From Eledone cirrhosa (Eukaryota): a DNA stretch of 64,000 nucleotides. Positions 58,996 through 64,000 of this stretch are shown piece after piece. The notes beneath the pieces are model-generated. The model was not told the origin of the DNA. It was given only the letters and a program-made list of their open reading frames with translations, and did no database searches. The stretch covers positions 333,870,001 through 333,934,000 of the forward strand of contig OZ024742.1 of assembly GCA_964016885.1 (NCBI GenBank). Reading direction: 5' to 3'. The translations under genes and the position numbers were made by a program. Every line of letters starts with the position of its first letter. Within the stretch, counting starts at the first letter, position 1.

Positions 58996-59599
58996 GAAAT
59001 ATTTCCACACAGAGAAACAGGTGGACAAAAGGACAAAAGAGAACGACAGGCATAAGCTTGCCTTTAATAGCAAACAAATATAAAATAATAGTTATCATAG
59101 AATTATTGAAAAGTGACAAAACGATTAGAACAAAACGCAATTAATACATAGGATAACATAGATAGACATACCGGCGAGCATATAGGTGGGAATGGATGTA
59201 TAGCCATGCAAATGTATAGATAAGAAGGACATACTATAGTTGGATCAAAATCACCAGGGTACACACAAATAAACCGGGTATGTAGATAAAAGTAATCACA
59301 CACACAAACTTACAGTAGTAGCAATATATAAAGGCACACACATGAACACACACACATACACGAACATGCATGTGCATGGCACGCAGACTCACACACACAT
59401 AGAAAAGAAGAAAAAGTCACAATGGATTATATGGACGACATCGAAACAAGGAGGAAACACAGAGGACTAAAACAGTCAGAGAAAAGGTCACAGATTGTGT
59501 GACGAAGGAGCGTTGGTAATGTCACAACAACGTGATTGCTATAACAAGGTTTATTTTACCTGACTAATAATAAAATTAAAAGCAACACACAACATATCG

Positions 59600-59848
59600 C
59601 TCTGAGCGATCGGCAAGAACCCAGACCTCATTCGCTTGCTGAGTAGGGTTGACCTCGACGAGTCGGAACAAGGAAACAATGTTTCCATTGGTCTTTCCAT
59701 TGTTAATAATATCTACCAGTCGCAACTCCTGGAAAAAGGAGCAACGTGAAATAAGTGTCTTGCTCAAGTAAATAGCGCGGTCAGAGAATTGAACTCGCAA
59801 ATTCACGATTGCAAATCCAACTCTATAACCACTAAGCCACTCGCCTTC
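59600..59848 (-). mobile_element. tRNA-derived SINE with CORE-like segment
   Basis: Minus strand A box TGGCTTAGTGG, B box GAGTTCAATTC, then TTGAGCAAGACACTTATTTCAC. Confidence 0.75.
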
Positions 59849-59993
59849 TCAAATATATGCATATACAAATATCTACCTACATACATTCTTATATGAATAC
59901 ATACACATACATACATACATTCATGCATGCATACACACATACGTACGTACGTACGTACATACATACATACATACATACATACATACATACATA

Positions 59994-60510
59994 ATTAACA
60001 ACAAACGAGGAAGAATATATTGAGACAGATGGCACTAAGGAATACTGGTGGAACCTGAAAATAAAAACTGCCACCAAATTAAAGCGCAACCGGCCTGATA
60101 TTGTTGTTTGGGACCACACATTGAAAACGTGTTCTGTTGTAGAGATCAGCTGCCCACTTCATGTAAATGTTGTCAGAAAAATACAGGAGAAGGAGGACAT
60201 CTACGGTCCATTGATGAGGAGTTTACAAATCCAGTATCCAAGATACACCTTTAGCATCATACCCATCATTATTGGAGCTATGGGTTATATACCAACCCGC
60301 TTGCACCAAAGTATGACTGAACTTGGATTTGCGGACAAAAAGCGCAGCTCCCTAATTCATAGTCTACAAATGGCTGCGATAGCTGGCACCTTCAAAATTT
60401 GCAAAACATTCTTGCGATTCAAGAGATGACAATTTCTTTTCTTTTAAAACCTTGCCACCAGGAAGGTGGCCGGTCAAAAAAAATATACTCGAAATTAAGA
60501 GAAAGAGATA
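59994..60510 (+). mobile_element. 3' end of an R4/Dong-like LINE with restriction-like endonuclease, inserted in (ATAC)n
   Basis: NRPDIVVWD..VVEISCP..K..EK..Y..L is a PD-(D/E)xK-type RLE motif; stop at 60429; CATA repeats on both sides. Confidence 0.8.
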
Positions 60511-61602
60511 ACATACATACATTGTGGCTGCCCCTCGTTATCGAGTATGGCCATTGCATGATATACCATTACTAATAATTATTAATTAATACTATCGTGC
60601 AATGCCTGCGCGTAAAGATATTTTTTAAAATGAGGAAAGACTGTGCACTCAGTCAATCCCACTCTGTGATCGACAGTAGCTATAACCCGAAAAGAAGAAA
60701 AGATCAACATCATCGGTAACTACTGAGCCGCAGGTGTTATCCCAGTTTCTGAGTTGCCTTCTCCTAGAAGAACGCCTATACATACATACATACATACATA
60801 CATACATACATACATACATACATACATACATACATGGTGGCTGCCAACTCGTTTTCGAGTACGGCCACTACTTTATATCCATGTAGGAGAATCCCTACTG
60901 ATGCGCTGAACGAGTGTGACTTTTTAGTCCAGCCAGCGACTTGAAAACTCTGGTACAAACACTACACTTGTGACAATTATTGACACATAGTGCTGGGCCC
61001 ATGGTACCATGTGACGACAAGTGCAGAGATATCTCCAGATATAAAGCAATGCCTGTGCCGTGAAGCTTTTATAGTGAGTATAGGCACTGCACAAAGCCAG
61101 TCCCACTCTCTTAACCAAGATGATATTTACCAAAAAGAAGAACAAGTCAACATCATTGGATACCATCATACATACATGTATACATACATACATACATACA
61201 TACATACATACATACATACATACATACATACAATCATACATACATATCATTAGATACCAGGCTTTGTGAGCAAAATTGAATTGACGTAAATTGTTCTCAG
61301 TATACTTGTTTGTGAAATACTCCACGTTAAGCTCATGAGAAAGCTATTAACTTGATCGCACAACTGGAACAATCTTCGTCAAATACGGTGCAGTTCCATC
61401 GGATCACACACAATTGCTCACATATTTACACTCACACACACATCTTTATACTTATAAATATATATATATATATATATACACAGCCATACACATGGTATAC
61501 ATACATATATACATATTTAATAATGTGAAGGCGAGAGCGTTAGTGAATGAGAGAATGAGAGAATGGGGCAGACACTAGAGGTAGGTGATTTACATATATA
61601 TA

Positions 61603-61653
<51 letters not shown>

Positions 61654-62019
61654 GTAAGAAAAACTGATTGATGGGATTAATCGAACAGTCGGTAAACGTT
61701 GGCAATCAGTGCATTTAAAACATATCGTGATTGCCAAGTTGGTCAAATGTGACAATATCAGCAATATATCATAGTGGAATTGCTAACTTTAAAACGCACG
61801 TCACTAAATCTTGATTGGGTGAAGTTAAGGATTTATAGCACTTTTATCAACATGGCTAATTTCGATAGCTTTATTATATCTGTGTGAAACAGATTAAAGA
61901 AATCCATATATGTGTGTATATTGTTGTATAGGTAACTTTTCTATGAGAACTCTGTGTCTGCTATTTACCTTCCCGTTTGCATGAACGCTTAACATATTTA
62001 TTGGCATGTTTGTGTGCGA

Positions 62020-62086
<67 letters not shown>

Positions 62087-62094
62087 CGTATATT

Positions 62095-62135
<41 letters not shown>

Positions 62136-62164
62136 TTTTATTTATATATATATATATATATATA

Positions 62165-64000
62165 CTTGTAATACAGTATTTACGTATCGAGAAAGAGAAA
62201 AAAAGGGGAGGATAGGTGATACATATAGTTATTTGCCAAGTAGCGTATGCCATAGGTGCTCGATACTAGTGCCGGCAGTATTAAATATTCGAAGTGTTAA
62301 TATTTAGTGGGCTAGAGAGTTAGCAGAGCGTAAGCACGTGGGAAAGTAAGAAATCGGAGAATAGACCGTTAAAACATGTTTATTTAAAACACCACCTACG
62401 TACGTTTCGCCCAGTTGGGCTTCTCAAGGGCATAAATAATCACAAGTGTTCCTTATATTGCTCGGAAAGAGTTTTGGGGGTTAAATCCACATCAAGGTTC
62501 ATTGCTAGCAAAAATATCTTGTTTTGATTTTGCAGCAGGTCAAGGGAGGTAACTCTGGCCGGTGTTGGGGCAGTCTTTCCCGGACAATTTTTTTTTTTTT
62601 TTTTTCGCCGCATCTGTTTGTCTGAGGCTGGGTCTGGTATGCAAGGATAGTTTCCTGGGTGTTATTTTGCAGCGCCTGCCCGCCGGGGTGTTAAGACTTG
62701 TTGCAGGGAGATCCGGTGTACGGTTTCACTCCTCATTCTTAACCCATCTGAAGAAGGATATTTTTAAGCGATGTGTACAACTTATCGCTGTTTCAGCTCT
62801 GCTTGTTGATGAGCTCGTGGGGTGCAGTTATGATGTGGTAGAGCTCAATGAGGCAAAGATCGCATTTCCTCTTGAAGTTGTACGGTGCAGCCCTGTCGAA
62901 AATCTCCCAGTGCGTGTAGAAGCTGATGTTTAAGTCCTTTAGTGATGTGATGTAGTCCGCGAGCGAAGTGGAGTGCCTTAGTTTTCTTTTTGTGAAAGAG
63001 TGGAGATGTGTTCGAAACCTAATTTTGAACGGGCCGGAGGTAGCCCCTATATAATGTTTAACGCTATTGTGGCTAGTAATAGTTCATCTATATATAACCC
63101 TATCAGTTAAGCAGTATCCTCTAAGGGGGCAGCGTCCTCTGTCGTGGCAGTTGCAATTTCTGTCGCGGTTCCGTCTATTTCCCACGGTAAGGCTATCATT
63201 GTTGCTGCCTACGCAGCTGTCGATAGCACCATTACAACCCACAGCACGCGGGGTGGTGCGATTGTTATTCCGCACGTCATGTCCTGCATGTTCCCCAGTC
63301 ATTTCGCAGTTATGCTGGTTGTGTCTGCGGATGCCGTTGCCAACACTATTGGATGCTGCCAGGGAGTTGTTAAGGCCGATATAGTTATTGTCAGGTGTAG
63401 GTGCGTCTGTGTCGAGGTGCTGTGTGTTGGTGATCTTTCTGTGGTTCGTTGTTCCTATGATGTCTGCTAGGTTAAGAGTAGTAGAGAAGGATATTTTTAT
63501 ATTGTTCCTATTAAGAATTTTTCTATACCTATGGTTGGGCGGGAAGTTCTTCTCTAAGGCTTCGAAGAACATCCGGGGTATGTTGGAGGCCACACTCCGA
63601 GAGTAGGGTGGGGGAGGGGAACCATAGGACGTTACGGTGGCGATTATGTGTCCTTGTACTTTTGCTACGGGTGGTTCCATCTAGGTGACCGCTCTTATGT
63701 GTGTTAATGCGCAGACGCCCGTTCGCTTCCCCTTTCACTTTATGCTCGGGTGTACTCTTCCTACCTCTTCCATGTTTATGTACACGAAGATGTTGGTTGG
63801 AAGGCGTTGGTAGTAAGCCGTCGCCTTTGTTGGTTTTGTAATAGGGGAATAGTTCGAGTAATCTACAGTGTTCACCATCGCCGGGGTCGTGATCTTTGGT
63901 GCGGTTATCTATTTTATTATATCCGACTTCAACGAGGTCGCCGCGTAATCGGTTATAGGTATGGCTTACTATAACGTTTGTTTTATGAGGGGGGTGGTTT
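62165..64000 (-). mobile_element. Naiad-type PLE 3' part (linker, CxCx5Cx5C, GIY-YIG, 3' UTR with HHR), running off the window
   Basis: HRYRKILNRNNIKISFS, CNCHDRGRCPLRGYC, VIYR*TITS..HYIG..FKIRFRTH, CDLC; at least two frameshifts. Confidence 0.85.
62395..62433 (-). ncRNA. Type I minimal hammerhead, U3:A8 variant
   Basis: CC-TTGAGAA-GCCC aact GGGC-GAA-ACGTACGT-A-GG, AATAAA shortly downstream; stem I short. Confidence 0.7.

Noticed and set aside
59760-59848. tRNA gene
   Set aside because: A and B boxes are present but there is no full cloverleaf; it continues into a SINE body
62440-62530. Possible SECIS (ATGA..AA..GA) downstream of the TGA-containing Naiad ORF
   Set aside because: The helix between ATGA and GA does not pair by eye

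Overview
AT-rich eukaryotic DNA saturated with (TA)n, (CA)n, (CT)n and (ATAC)n microsatellites; the SINEs and repeat landscape resemble an octopus/cephalopod genome (inference). Most ORF-track entries are microsatellite artefacts. The real content is nested retroelements: decayed Penelope-like elements (PLEs) of Naiad type (CxCx5Cx5C + GIY-YIG) and Neptune type (Cx4CxxC + GIY-YIG), an intact 5'-truncated L1/Tx1 LINE with a 20-bp TSD, CR1-group, RTE and R4-like LINE fragments, two non-autonomous Helitron-like elements and tRNA-derived SINEs. The main hidden signal is RNA structure. At least 12 distinct families of type I hammerhead ribozyme (HHR) motifs can be read by eye, most with palindromic stem III and many with core variants or very long stem II. 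One sits in every unit of a near-perfect 476-bp tandem array (17918-20682), a retrozyme-like candidate source of self-cleaving monomer/circular RNA. Many HHR elements occur as fold-back inverted duplications between (TA)n tracts. A three-exon SGNH/GDSL hydrolase gene with 55- and 57-bp introns (41363-42158, minus) is not visible as a single ORF. All folds and alignments were done by eye and are untested computationally.
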